In this document: positions 53,221-64,000 of the stretch, piece after piece
Numbering within the stretch: position 1 is the stretch's first letter
How the letters are laid out: each line of letters opens with the position of its first letter
Source: Octopus bimaculoides
Taxonomy: Eukaryota
Length of the DNA: 64,000 nucleotides
NCBI RefSeq assembly: GCF_001194135.2
Contig: NC_068985.1
Coordinates: forward strand, 103,366,070-103,430,069
Direction: 5' to 3'
Program-made: the position numbers and the translations under genes
The notes under the pieces: model-generated
Databases searched by the model: none
What the model was told of the DNA's origin: nothing
The model's input: only the letters and a program-made list of their open reading frames with translations

Positions 53221-54130
53221 CTGCTTGTTTGATTGCTGCTTTGTTTTTGTAATCAGATACCTCAATCGATGGGGAATTCAGTCTGTTAATTGGGAGAGAT
53301 TCTATAAGATTCACATAAACAGCAATGAAACACTTGTCAATTTTCCAGTGGTACTGTAACAGTTCTATTTTCAGCAAAGTTGACTGGTCTTGTGATGGTG
53401 AAATGCTATGCTACGGCACATTACTGTTGAATTATGAATACCAACATATACTTGCATGCAACCAGGTTCACTGGTTTTTACACATGTTCATCTAACATCT
53501 CTACCTATATACACCTACCCAAGTTTAGTTTCGTGGGTTCAAGATTTGAAATATATCACAGGTAGTATTTCATGATTATTTTATCTCTACTATCACACAC
53601 AAACTATTTCAGTCCAAGTATTTTGTAAAATATTCTTGTAAATATGTATCCTTTCAGCCAAATTCATGTTATCCTTTACTAATTTTGGTGCTTTACTGTC
53701 TTCCTCTTTCAAACTGCAAGATGTGTTATTTAACCAGTAATTTCAGTATAAGTTTCACTTGAATTCTGACATTTTATATTATGTATTTTTACTGTGTATA
53801 TTTCTCTTTCCCTACTTCATGTAAGACAGTATTCAGGTACAAATATTTTTCTTACACATTTTATCTTTTCTTCATTTTTCTCGTACACATATCTTCAAAA
53901 GCTTCTTTCATAACATGATATGACACTCAGTAACCTACTCATCCTGAAACTTTGTTGTTGGAAATAAAATGTAAATTTGTCAAAAGCCCTATAAGAATCT
54001 CATGCGCTAGAACCTTGCTCTGATTTCAGGACTTTAAGCCAATAAACAATAATTATTGCAAGTCCCTATTCATAAAACCAAGGTGAATTGATGCAGGCAG
54101 GCAGAATTAAATATTCTGTTCAATATTCTG

Positions 54131-54292
54131 TTTAGGTATGTCTCAGATTTTAAGATTAGTAGGATGCTGACTAAGATTAAGTATGTCTACCAAAATGCCT
54201 GCAACAGATTTGAACATATCAGACACATTTTGGTAGTCTTACTTAATCTTAGTCAGCATCCTACTAATCTTAAAATCTGAGACATACCTAAA
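54131..54292. repeat. Short near-perfect inverted repeat (53-bp perfect stem, 3x3 mismatch, 11-bp stem, 28-nt loop)
   Basis: 54131-54183 pairs with 54240-54292 and 54187-54197 pairs with 54226-54236. Confidence 0.95.
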
Positions 54293-54509
54293 TTAACTCA
54301 ACCATGACAGTAACGTGCATTTATTCTAATCACTTTAAAATTATTATGGTCTTAAATGCATACACATTGTCCGTCTTCCTTTGAATTACAAAATATCAGC
54401 ACTCTCCTTCTTTCTTAGATAACCAAATAAAATTTTAGATAATTCTTAACCCACTGTCTCTGATTTACTCAATGATATGCTCACTCGCAGCTCTCATTTT
54501 GTATTGCAG

Positions 54510-54555
54510 GAAATGTGAAATACTTTGAGCCGGACCAAGTAGACTCTTCTAGGAA
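54510..54555 (+). CDS. 46-nt cytoplasmic exon (phase 1-2): GNVKYFEPDQVDSSRN
   Basis: Acceptor ctcattttgtattgcAG|GA; donor AGGAA|GTAAGT; supplies exactly the phase change needed to link the TM exon (phase 1) to the terminal exon ORF (phase 2). Confidence 0.85.
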
Positions 54556-55520
54556 GTAAGTTTTTTATATTTTTTAATTGTTAGCATTGATGACATATTT
54601 TTCTACTTCATTTCAAATTGTTGGTTTTTATATATCGTGAGAATAATTAGTTTTTATGCTTAGACTAGTAGTCAACCATAAAACTCAAGTGAAAAGATCG
54701 TTAATATTACTGAAAATATCTAATCTAGTAAAAATTGAATTTAAAAGACTAGTTATCTCGCACTTTAAATTTATGGTTCTTGTGCGACGTATTTAATTTA
54801 GGTATTTATTTCAACTATTTTTCTCTTCATATTGCTTTCTAATTGCTTGTCATTATTAATAATTAGGATTATAGTGTATGCTCTGTATATCTTCATTCAC
54901 TTGAAATTACATTAATCTAATAACTTGAATCATTTTTAAAAGTTTAGAATTAAATCCTTATGATAAAATAGATGCTTGAGTTTCACTGGGATTAATATTC
55001 ATTTTATTATTATTTTCATTTTTAATATGATTTATAATACCAGTGATATTATACTGATAACAAGCCAGATTTTAAAAGTGATATAATAATGAAATAAAAA
55101 CCATTTTATTTCATTTTATGCTGAAATGAAGTAGAATTTTGTGCCTTTTGGTATGGGTTTATTAAAAACTTTTGGCTGACTTGTTTGTGGTATTTATATT
55201 CCATCTTTTGTACAGCTGAATTGTTAAAGTATATGCACATACACATTAATTGAAACCATCATTGGATTTATATATAATTTTTGTAGAAAACTATTTAGGA
55301 ATTTGATATTACTGATGAGGCTGACCTAAACTCAAAGCATCCAAACCATGAACACTCTTCTTATTTTCAGATTATGTATCTATAAGTACATTATCCAATA
55401 ATTTTTGTTTTTCATCTTGAAGATGCTAGGTAGGAGAATGTTGGTGACAAGAAATGAAAATATGTGTATGATGTAGGTTAGGAGGAAGTTTTTAATAATA
55501 ATAATAATCATTATCATCAT

Positions 55521-55895
55521 CATCGTTTAACGTCCGCTTTCCATGCTAGCGTGGGTTGGATGATTTGACTGAGGACTGGTGAACCAGATGGCTACACCAG
55601 GCTCCAATCTGATTTGGCAGAGTTTCTACAGCTGGATGCCCTTCCTAACGCCAACCACTCCGAGAGTGTGCCACCGGCACGAAGGCTAGTCCAGCGGTAC
55701 TGGCAATGGCCACGCTCAAAATGGTGTATTTTACGTGCCACACGCACAAGAGCCAGTCCAGTGGCACTGGCAACGGTCTCGCTTGAAAGTCCTTACACAT
55801 GCCACAGGCACAAGTGCCGGAAAGGCGACGCTGGGCACAGGTGCCATCACGATTTCACTTTCGCTTGCCCCAACAGGTCTTCGCAAGCCGAAATA
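55521..55895 (+). mobile_element. Interspersed repeat family D copy (plus orientation), flanked by (ATC)n and (AAT)n; other fragments at ~26040-26260, ~20785-20830 and ~1105-1150
   Basis: TTTAACGTCCGCTTTCCATGCTAGC...CAGCTGGATGCCCTTCCTAACGCCAACC; CpGs retained. Confidence 0.85.
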
Positions 55896-57885
55896 ATAAT
55901 AATAATAATAATAATAATTATAAAGATCTGGAAAATGAAATAACTAGTGTGATGACAGAAAGCAGAAATAAATTCTATAATAATAGGTACAGAGAGAAAG
56001 ATAAAAAAGAAAGTAAGCTAACACATACATAAACAAATATACGCAATATACAAAGCATCTCACTACTAGATACTGCACAATTTTATATAAAGTACTTCAA
56101 TTCAATCAGAAACACCATACAAAACAAAACACATCACTTATCCAAAGTAAATAGAGCTGCACTTGATACTAAGTAAATGACCACCGAAACAAAAGGAAAA
56201 ATATAAGACTAGTGAAAACTATTAATAATATTAACAGTGATATATCAAATGTTTACTTTTAAAATTTTATTTTTACTTTTATTTTAAATGCTTTCCAGGA
56301 AAAATAGAAAAGGTGACTTTTTTTTCTTATCTGCCATTGTTGTTTTTATTGTTATGGCTGTTGTTGTTCACGGTGTTTTCTCCACTCATATTCACTGAAA
56401 TACTTTCATATATTAACTGTTGCTATTATGGATGGATTGAACACAATTTATGTTTGTGGTTTATTGTTTTCTTGGTGTATGTGGTGTTGTTGGTAATGAA
56501 ATTGTTATATGTCCTTTTGTTGGTTTTAATGGGAAGTTTAACAAGTTACAATTGAAACTGTTTCTAAGGTAACAGGATAGTTAGTGTTATTGGAAATGTC
56601 GCATTGCAGAATAGAATTTTGTATTACCTTCTCTTGACAAGTATGTAGATCTCCATTTAACCACCATAGATTATAATAAGTATAGATTACTGCAGATGTT
56701 GACTATTATACCACAGATCTCAGACAAATCTGATGGTCAATTATTGTGATAAAGAATATTACTGAAGTGGTAGTATTATATATAGTGAGATGCATTTGAG
56801 GTATGCTAAAGCTAGTAGGAAACCATTATTGATATGAAGGAGACATTTCTTTTTACTGATTATGACCTGAAGAGATAGAGCTATTAGCTACTATCCATAC
56901 CAGAAACGTTTTCAACATCTGTTGCCACTTTAGCAGTTAGAAGGAAGATGAAGTGAGATATTTACTGACAGTTCTGTATCATTTTGCCTCCAATCTATGA
57001 ACATTCTACTTGTGACCATCCAATTATTCCAGACATAGTTTATCTCAGACTTCATCATCCAATACATTGTTTTGTTCTCTTTGAAGATTGGATGTTTTTA
57101 ATAGATTGAGCAACTGCATGGTGGCTCCCACATTGGTTTGTAATAATTTGTCAATGCATTATATAAAAACAACTGATTTTTAAACGAAGACAAAAGATAG
57201 TTTCTCACACATACTCCTAATGAATGTATGATAATCATTGCTTTGATTATTATACAAACCATTTATTAACTTAATTGTAAAGTTTTTTATATTTGTAAGA
57301 ACTTTCTGAACATTATTCAGTAGGAATCGCATTCCTGATTAGTCATTGCTCCAAGACTATTTCAATTCCCTGTTCACTTCATTGAAACCATGAAGATCCT
57401 TGAGCAAACAGTGACTTTTATGATTCTTATTTTAATCTTTCCTTCAAAGTCAATACATTTGATCATTCATTGATGGAGTCCTTTTGTCATAAAAGAACAA
57501 GTAATTGACTTTATTATACAATATGAGGCATAAATAAATATTTATCCTTTGTAATATCTTTATAATAAATATCTATCCTTTGTGATAACTGATTGCATTT
57601 AATCCATGAATATTCAATAGAGGAATACATACGCACACACACATACTCTTCTGAAATCACCTTTCCTTCTTTTTATCATTGCACATTTAAGATATCTAGT
57701 GAATGGGATTTTATGTTGTATATTAGCAGATTTTGTGTTATATGTTATTTATTTTTGCAACTCATTTGTTTTCTTTACTGGACTCAAAACAATCATACCA
57801 TCATTTAGTATCATCTTCAGTATAATTGCTATTTCTTTTCTAAAATCATTTCATTCTAAAATCATTTCAGTAGCAATATATTATT

Positions 57886-58035
57886 GAGTTCAAATTCCAC
57901 CGAGGTCGACTTTGCCTTTCAACCTTTTGGGGGGGGGGGGTCGATAAATTAAGTACCAGTTGCGTACTGGGGTCAATCTAATCGACTGGACCCACCCCCA
58001 ACATTTCAGGCCTTATGCCTAGAGTAGAAAAAATA
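57886..58035 (+). mobile_element. 5'-truncated, young-looking SINE family A copy
   Basis: GAGTTCAAATTCCACCGAGGTCGACTTTGCCTTTC...TCGATAAATTAAGTACCAGTTGCGTACTGGGGTC...GGCCTTATGCCTAGAGTAGAAA. Confidence 0.85.
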
Positions 58036-60336
58036 TATTATTATTACCACCACCATCATTAACATTATTTCCGTACTTACTAGCATCATGGACTTCATTA
58101 ACATTTTTGCCATCATCGTCTGTGTACCACTCCTCACTATGATCATCATTATAACTTCATTTTATCTTTATCATATACAGCAGCACTAAACACTAAAAAT
58201 TCTTATTGTATATGTTCTCCATACAGAAATATGTCATTTCATCTTTATTGCCATCGTCTTTGTTTATTTTGAAACGGAGTTCTAAAATATTTATTGTATA
58301 TTCACCATAGAAAAACTTGTCATCTTCATTATCATCATACCATCCCTAACATTAATGCGAAAACAATGGATTTGATAGATGTGTCTGGATATAAATATTT
58401 TAATACCTCTTACGTTACTCTTGAAAATTGGGTCTTGTAAATTGTAGCAAGAAATTAACTTCATCTTTCTTCTCCTTCACTCTCTTTCATCATCATCATC
58501 ATCATCATCATCATTATTAGTGGTTGCATTAAGTGCATGGTATTGATAAATTTGGGACAAATGTTATTTGTGGTCTAATTCGATTTCCAATTCCAGTTTT
58601 GTTTTACTTTGCACTAATACCATTGAGAAAGACATTAACCACACACTCATTTTCTCCTTTCACACACCTTGCTATTACTCAAGATACCTTCAGCATGTTG
58701 TTGCTATTTGTCATGGTGTGATTATGCAATAATGTTTTACACATGTAATTTGCATGCAAGTATTAATTTATGCATTAAAATATGAATATATATTTGGAAA
58801 CGTTTTTGTACGAAAAGCAAAGATTGTTTAGTTGTTTATACATGTATTTATTTTGCTGTCAGTGTATTAGGTGGTCATGTTGATGATTATGTTGGTTAAA
58901 AATTTTAGTGTATAATCATTAAAATATTAGTGAAAATTACCAAGGCTATGAGACTTCAATAAACATTGTTAGTATGGAGACATAATCTATTAGTTTATTG
59001 GAATTAACCAAAGGATTATGAATAGTTTGCCTCCATGTGGTGGTATTAAAGAAATTCTACCTGGTAAAACTTATATATGTCTCCCATTCAATGTACATTA
59101 GATAATTTAAGCCTTGACTTAGAAAGTATTGAAATACTCATCCTCCCTACAGTGCACATGTTATTTACCATTGTAAATATGGTTGCCCTTTACCTTGAGT
59201 GCAATAATCTATTAAAAGTTGTACAGCTTTTCTAAAGATGCAGTATACAGCTCAACGTAAGATTTTTAATGCTGACATTATTTGAGTTGTAGTAAAATAA
59301 CACATATGTCAGTCTGCTGCAGGTCTTATTAGTGATTTACCGAAGTAAATTTAATGGACCGTATATTTCTTATAATAAGAGTTGATCTTTATGTCTAGCC
59401 TTGCATCTGTGAATGTTACTTCAGGAAAATCTTTACCATTTGTTCTCATTATTTCCTCTCTATTAATCCTAAATCTTATGTCTCAGGCTTTCTCAACTAC
59501 TACATTTAATAGGATGTAAAACCTACAACTATTGTCTGTAGGTTCTTTTAGCAGCAATCATTCTGTTTGCAAGCATTTGGACCAGGTGTTTATTATGAAA
59601 ATGATCCATCACTTATTTCTCCCCTCCTCTTACCAGTCTGTGACATGAAGCAATAAAGCCATGGATGCTTTTCTTCTTCTTCCATTATATATATATATTG
59701 CTGATACTTGATTGAAAAACTATTCCTTAACGCCAAGTAGAATTGGACTGCTGCTGGTTCAGTCTATCTCTCCAGTAGCTCATGGAAATATGTGACCCAA
59801 GCACTACAAATCATTTAGGAATTATGTTTCTCTTGAGTTATGCAGCAAAAGCAATGTTTCTCCTCTACCCATTTGAAAGCAGATGACTTGAGCCATTTGT
59901 AATTAAGTGAAAATTAACAATGATTACAGGATTTAATAACTGCTGATACTTAGTATATCATTTCACCCAAAGTCATCAAAAGCTATTGTATTTCTCATTT
60001 TCAGTTCATGCTTCTTTCTGTTATATGTGCCCCAGCTACTATATACCTCCAGTATGTGACATTGAATAATGCAATTGTCATTGTTATTTCTCATGTTTGT
60101 TCATAATTCTTTAACAAACAACATTTGTTACTTTAATTAAGCTCCTTTATCCCCATTACATATTTAAAAATTAGATTATCCTTCTAGTTTGTTAAAGATT
60201 ACAAATTTGGTTTCATTTGATATTTCTTTTTGAGTTTTAGCATATGTTTAAAAGCAATCATTAAAAATTAGGGAATACAATAAAGCAAATATAATTTTTT
60301 TCATATAAGTAATATTGTTCTTGTATTCATTTGCAG

Positions 60337-62608
60337 TGAAACTTCGTCAGAATGGAATTATGGGGACCAAGATGGAAGAAGAAACATTGTGAAAGCTGTC
60401 AACCCTATGGGTATGCTAAACCAAACTTTTGTGATGTCCTGCCACTCCCCTTCGGACATATTAAAATGCAATCCCGTTGCCCAACCACTGCCTTCCAAAC
60501 GACATTTGCCACCATCATCATTGCGACCTTATATTTTTCAGGACCAACAGAAGTCTGTTCAGCGCAGTGCCCTTCCAAAAAGTACATCCCTCAACAATGG
60601 GGCCAAAGCCCAACAACAGGACACAATACTTGCTAATGTAAGACCTCCCAACAAACTGGTTCAGCAATGTCCAGACACAGACATTGTAACATCACTAAGA
60701 CAACAACAGTTATCCTCTCCTGGTCCTATGTCCCCCATTGGGCACGGGATTGCCTGTACAAGTGTTCACCGCAGTAATGTTTATAACCCTGTTTCACCCT
60801 GTTTGCTACAGTCGCACTCCCCTGTTAATTTGCATATTACAAGAGCACAAATTCATAGGCCAAATGGTGTCAGTGTTCCAGACAATACACAGAAGTATAA
60901 ACATGCTTCTAGCATAGTCGTTTCTACTGCTACTGTCACTCTGGACTCTGGACATTCTCCTGGCACTAATACTCTTAGAAATCATATGACGTCACCAGTT
61001 TGGACTACAACTTCACCTGGTATGTCTGCTGCCCCTGCTGCTGCTGCTGCTATTTACCATCATGCTCAACATCTCAAGTCATCTTCATCTATAGCATCTC
61101 TTAAGTCATGTTATGCTCATAGCTCTATATTCTCACCTAACTCACAACATCACTCTATGAACAAAACCTACTTGACAAGTAGCCCTGATGATGCTAACAG
61201 TCTTCGCCCATTCCAGATAAGCGATATCAGTTCTGTACAGCCTTCATCATTTTCAGAGCGGTCACGTGACCAAGATCTGCCACAGTCACTGTTCAGTAGC
61301 CCTCGAGGAAGCTTTCTTCCTTCCAGCCTTTCTGAAAATGAGCCAGTCTATTCGAAAAGACATTTGAAAGAAAAAGAAAACCAACAGCTCACTTATTCTG
61401 GTACAGTGCCATTTAAAACTCGAAGCATTCACCCCCAGCAACGAAATTCTTCAGCTTATTTTCATACTGGCCAAGGGCCTAATTACTACCAGCCTCAACC
61501 TCAGCCTCAGTTTCACCTTGATAATGTAAGAAGAAATTTTTCTAACCCTCACCAACTCCAGACGCAAGCAGCAGCTCTTGCAACACACAACCACAATTTC
61601 GTGTCCCATGTAAGCTATACACATTCACACTCACTTTACAACAATTCAGAAGGTGGAGAGTGCAAGGACAACAACAACCAGTTATTTGGATATTCAAATA
61701 ATTGTCAAGAGATGGTTAAATGTGGTCAACTGGCCCCTAAACATCAGCTGAACTCCAACTGTACTCTTGCTGTCAACCAACCTCATCAGATGTCACCAAT
61801 ACCATCACAGACTAACTCTACTTTTAGACAAAAAGAATTTGACCCTTATAACTGCATTGAAAACATACCCCACACACATAGCACATACCCTGCTAAGGAT
61901 CAGCCAAGTGACTATTCTACGACCATGCCATGCTATAGGAATAAGACTCCAAACATCGACACTGTACTTAGTCATCATTTTGATGGTGGGGTCCCAGAAG
62001 AGATTCGAACTAGTATGAGTAGCTCAGGTCGGGGAAGTATATTTGGCAGGGTTAACTACCCCGATGGCATCAGCCGTACTAGTAGTAAAATGGATACATT
62101 TCCAGACTCCTATAGCAGTGGGCTTGGTAGTCACCACAGTGGTCCATCGTCTTCGTTTTACACTCACACGAGGGCTGCAGCACCCATGGACAGTACTTCA
62201 GCGAGTTCTCTTACTTCCCCTCAAGACTATGATGTCAGTTTGGACTCTTCCCTGATTATAGATGCTTCTAATTCCAACCGACGGGACTTCTCAGGAGATA
62301 AACACTACGATTTTGACTCAAGATTAATATCTCACAATGCTCCAGGTATTGTTGGGTGTAAACTGGATGAAAGACACTCAACACGCCGAGAGCCTTCCAC
62401 CCGGAGCACAGCTTCACCACCAGAAATTTTGTTAAATGCTAATGATTTGTATAAAAGTCTCTACCCAAAGCCACGTAAGCCGAGTCGCTATAGCAACTCT
62501 GAAAAACGTTTTGAACGGCTGCGCGAAGAATACTATGAATATCGACGCAAGCAACTTACTCATTTGCAGCAGCAATATTTTAAATCAATGGACAGTGAAA
62601 TGTTGTAA
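60337..62608 (+). CDS. Terminal coding exon (2272 nt): ~756-aa Ser/Pro/His/Gln-rich disordered cytoplasmic tail ending ...KSMDSEML*
   Basis: Acceptor ttgtattcatttgcAG|TGAA; the frame is open from 60338 and contains ORF 60389..62608 (739 aa); GC content is elevated; stop TAA at 62606-62608. Confidence 0.93.
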
Positions 62609-63654
62609 TAATAATAATAATAACAGCAATTATTGAAAAGAAAAAATTTTAAAAAACAGAACCTAAACTAAAGAATAAGCATTTTGAAAGTAAATGCATA
62701 ATTTTGGGTGAATTGAAAGTGAATTGGAAAATATGAAGATTTTGGAAATTTTTTTTTTTCTTTGTGTGTGTGAAGGAAAGAATAAAAGAATGAAAGAATA
62801 AAAGAAGGAAGCAAAACAACGTAAAGTTTTCATATATAATTTTGCAGGTGCTGTCATGAGTTTCAGTATCTTAGGAGTAAATTTACCTGGCACCTATTCT
62901 GTGATGGTCAGGTTGTAAATCTTTAAAGAAGGTAACTTAAGTTTGGTTTTTTTTTGTTTAGATATTCGCACAGGGAACATAAAGCAAATAGGTAACTAAA
63001 TTTCAGTGTCACTTTTTGTTATGTGTGTTTTCTAAATTTGCCGTCATGTGTAAGGAAGATTTTTAAAAGTCATAATTTTCTTTTCTTTTGTAAATTCAAT
63101 CCCATCCAATCTTGACTCATTCTTTTCATCTTCATGAAAATATTTGAGTGTGTGCTTGTCTTTGTGTTTTCTATGTCACACACAAACATATATAGTTTTG
63201 TGTGATCTCATGCCTCTATCTAAATGTGTCTAACTATACATAAAAGTACAGTTATACTGTGCATATTGGATCATTTTTTTCAAACACATGCATATATATC
63301 TGTACAAAAATAATCTGTGATGAGGAGAGGAGAGAGAATATTATTTCTACGTTTAATTTTTAATTAAATTTTTAAAAATATATAAAACTAAGAAGGAAAA
63401 GATTATAGAAAATACAAAAGAGAATATATCAAACCATTTTTAATATAGTTGATATAATTTTGAGCATAATAATATTGTATAATCTTAAGGTTAATCAATT
63501 GTGATAATAATTAACTATGATAGTAATACTTATTATTTGTTATTACCTTGGTTATCACGTCTATCATTCTGTTGATTGTTATTATAAAGTACTGTGGAAT
63601 GGTAGAATCATTTGAGCATGGTGCAAAATACCTTATGGCATTTGTTCTGCCTCT

Positions 63655-63795
63655 TTACTCGAAGTTCAAATCTCACCAAGGTCAACTTTGCCCTTCATCC
63701 TTTCAGGGTTGATAAAATAAAGTATCAGTCCAACTACTGGGAACAATGGCATTGTCTGACTCCTCCCCTTAAAATTGCTGGCCTTGTGCCTAAAT
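63655..63795 (+). mobile_element. SINE family A copy downstream of the stop codon (3' UTR or intergenic)
   Basis: AAGTTCAAATCTCACCAAGGTCAACTTTGCCCTTCATCC...GATAAAATAAAGTA...GGCCTTGTGCCTAAA. Confidence 0.8.
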
Positions 63796-63867
63796 CCATT
63801 TGGCAGTTGATAAAACAAAGAACCAGTCAAGTATTTGGATCGGTGGTATCAGCTAATCCCTCCACTA

Positions 63868-63925
<58 letters not shown>

Positions 63926-64000
63926 GTGAAGTGGCAGAAATAGTAGAGTACACAACTAAATGCTTCACGGTATTTCATATTGCTTTCCCCACTCTGGAAT

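Larger units (their letters stand above)
11368..62608 (+). other. tutl: 3' part of a multi-exon gene for a single-pass Ig-superfamily/FN3 receptor, Turtle/IGSF9-like; 5' exons (signal peptide, Ig domains, first FN3) lie upstream of the window
   Basis: Six exons splice in frame (81+285+45+132+46+2272 nt) through GT..AG introns of 1507, 32908, 5139, 3045 and 5781 nt. Architecture is Pro-rich linker, FN3, TM (AIGGIVGGLAF...KRK) and a ~785-aa low-complexity tail. Near the C-terminus, LREEYYEYRR resembles the LREEF..FRR segment I recall in human IGSF9. Family assignment is from recall, not a database search. Confidence 0.7.

Noticed and set aside
53265-53330. TTTTGTAATCAG acceptor followed by an open stretch (TSIDGEFSLLIGRDSIRFT*)
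   Set aside because: No donor before the stop and it is not needed for frame continuity
55311-55335. CTGATGA-GG-CTGA-CC-TAAAC
   Set aside because: GAAA is TAAA and there is no stem I partner; likely chance
56867-56920. CTGAAGA + hairpin GATAGAGCT/AGCTACTATC + GAAAC
   Set aside because: Seven unpaired nt separate stem II from GAAA, and stems I and III do not close
60352-62636. Overlapping ORFs 60352..60636, 60405..60587, 61767..62018, 62043..62255 and 62436..62636
   Set aside because: Shadow frames of the GC-richer terminal exon with no independent support
62781-62802. AATAAA hexamers as the poly(A) signal
   Set aside because: They sit in an A-rich GAATAAAAGAA duplication, and such hexamers are too common in this AT-rich DNA to fix the 3' end
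1-64000. CRISPR arrays, operons, tRNA/rRNA genes or other prokaryotic or defence systems
   Set aside because: No regularly spaced repeat-spacer array and no prokaryotic gene density; the tRNA-like boxes belong to SINE heads

Overview
AT-rich, microsatellite- and SINE-dense animal genomic DNA with seven short N-gaps and no prokaryotic features. The repeat content resembles Octopus/cephalopod DNA (inference from recalled repeat families). One gene spans almost the whole window on the + strand: the 3' part of a single-pass Ig/FN3 adhesion receptor, most similar to Turtle/IGSF9. Six coding exons were reconstructed by hand with canonical AG/GT sites and continuous reading frame: 11368-11448, 12956-13240 (FN3), 46149-46193 (45-nt acidic microexon), 51333-51464 (TM), 54510-54555 and 60337-62608 (long disordered tail, ends ...SEML*). 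Together they give about 953 codons; the 5' exons lie upstream of the window. The introns hold two decayed Penelope-like GIY-YIG elements, an RTE LINE fragment and several SINE families. The most notable structures are a near-intact minimal type I hammerhead ribozyme (52007-52057, minus strand), a 947-bp foldback palindrome, a 162-bp hairpin and an exact 130-bp direct repeat. Splicing candidates include a recursive-splice or poison-exon site and a frame-switching 46-nt exon whose skipping would give an NMD-immune short tail. Most ORFs in the six-frame track are microsatellite or gap artefacts. I see no evidence of a wholly new multi-gene system; the novelty candidates are RNA-level and are hypotheses until tested.
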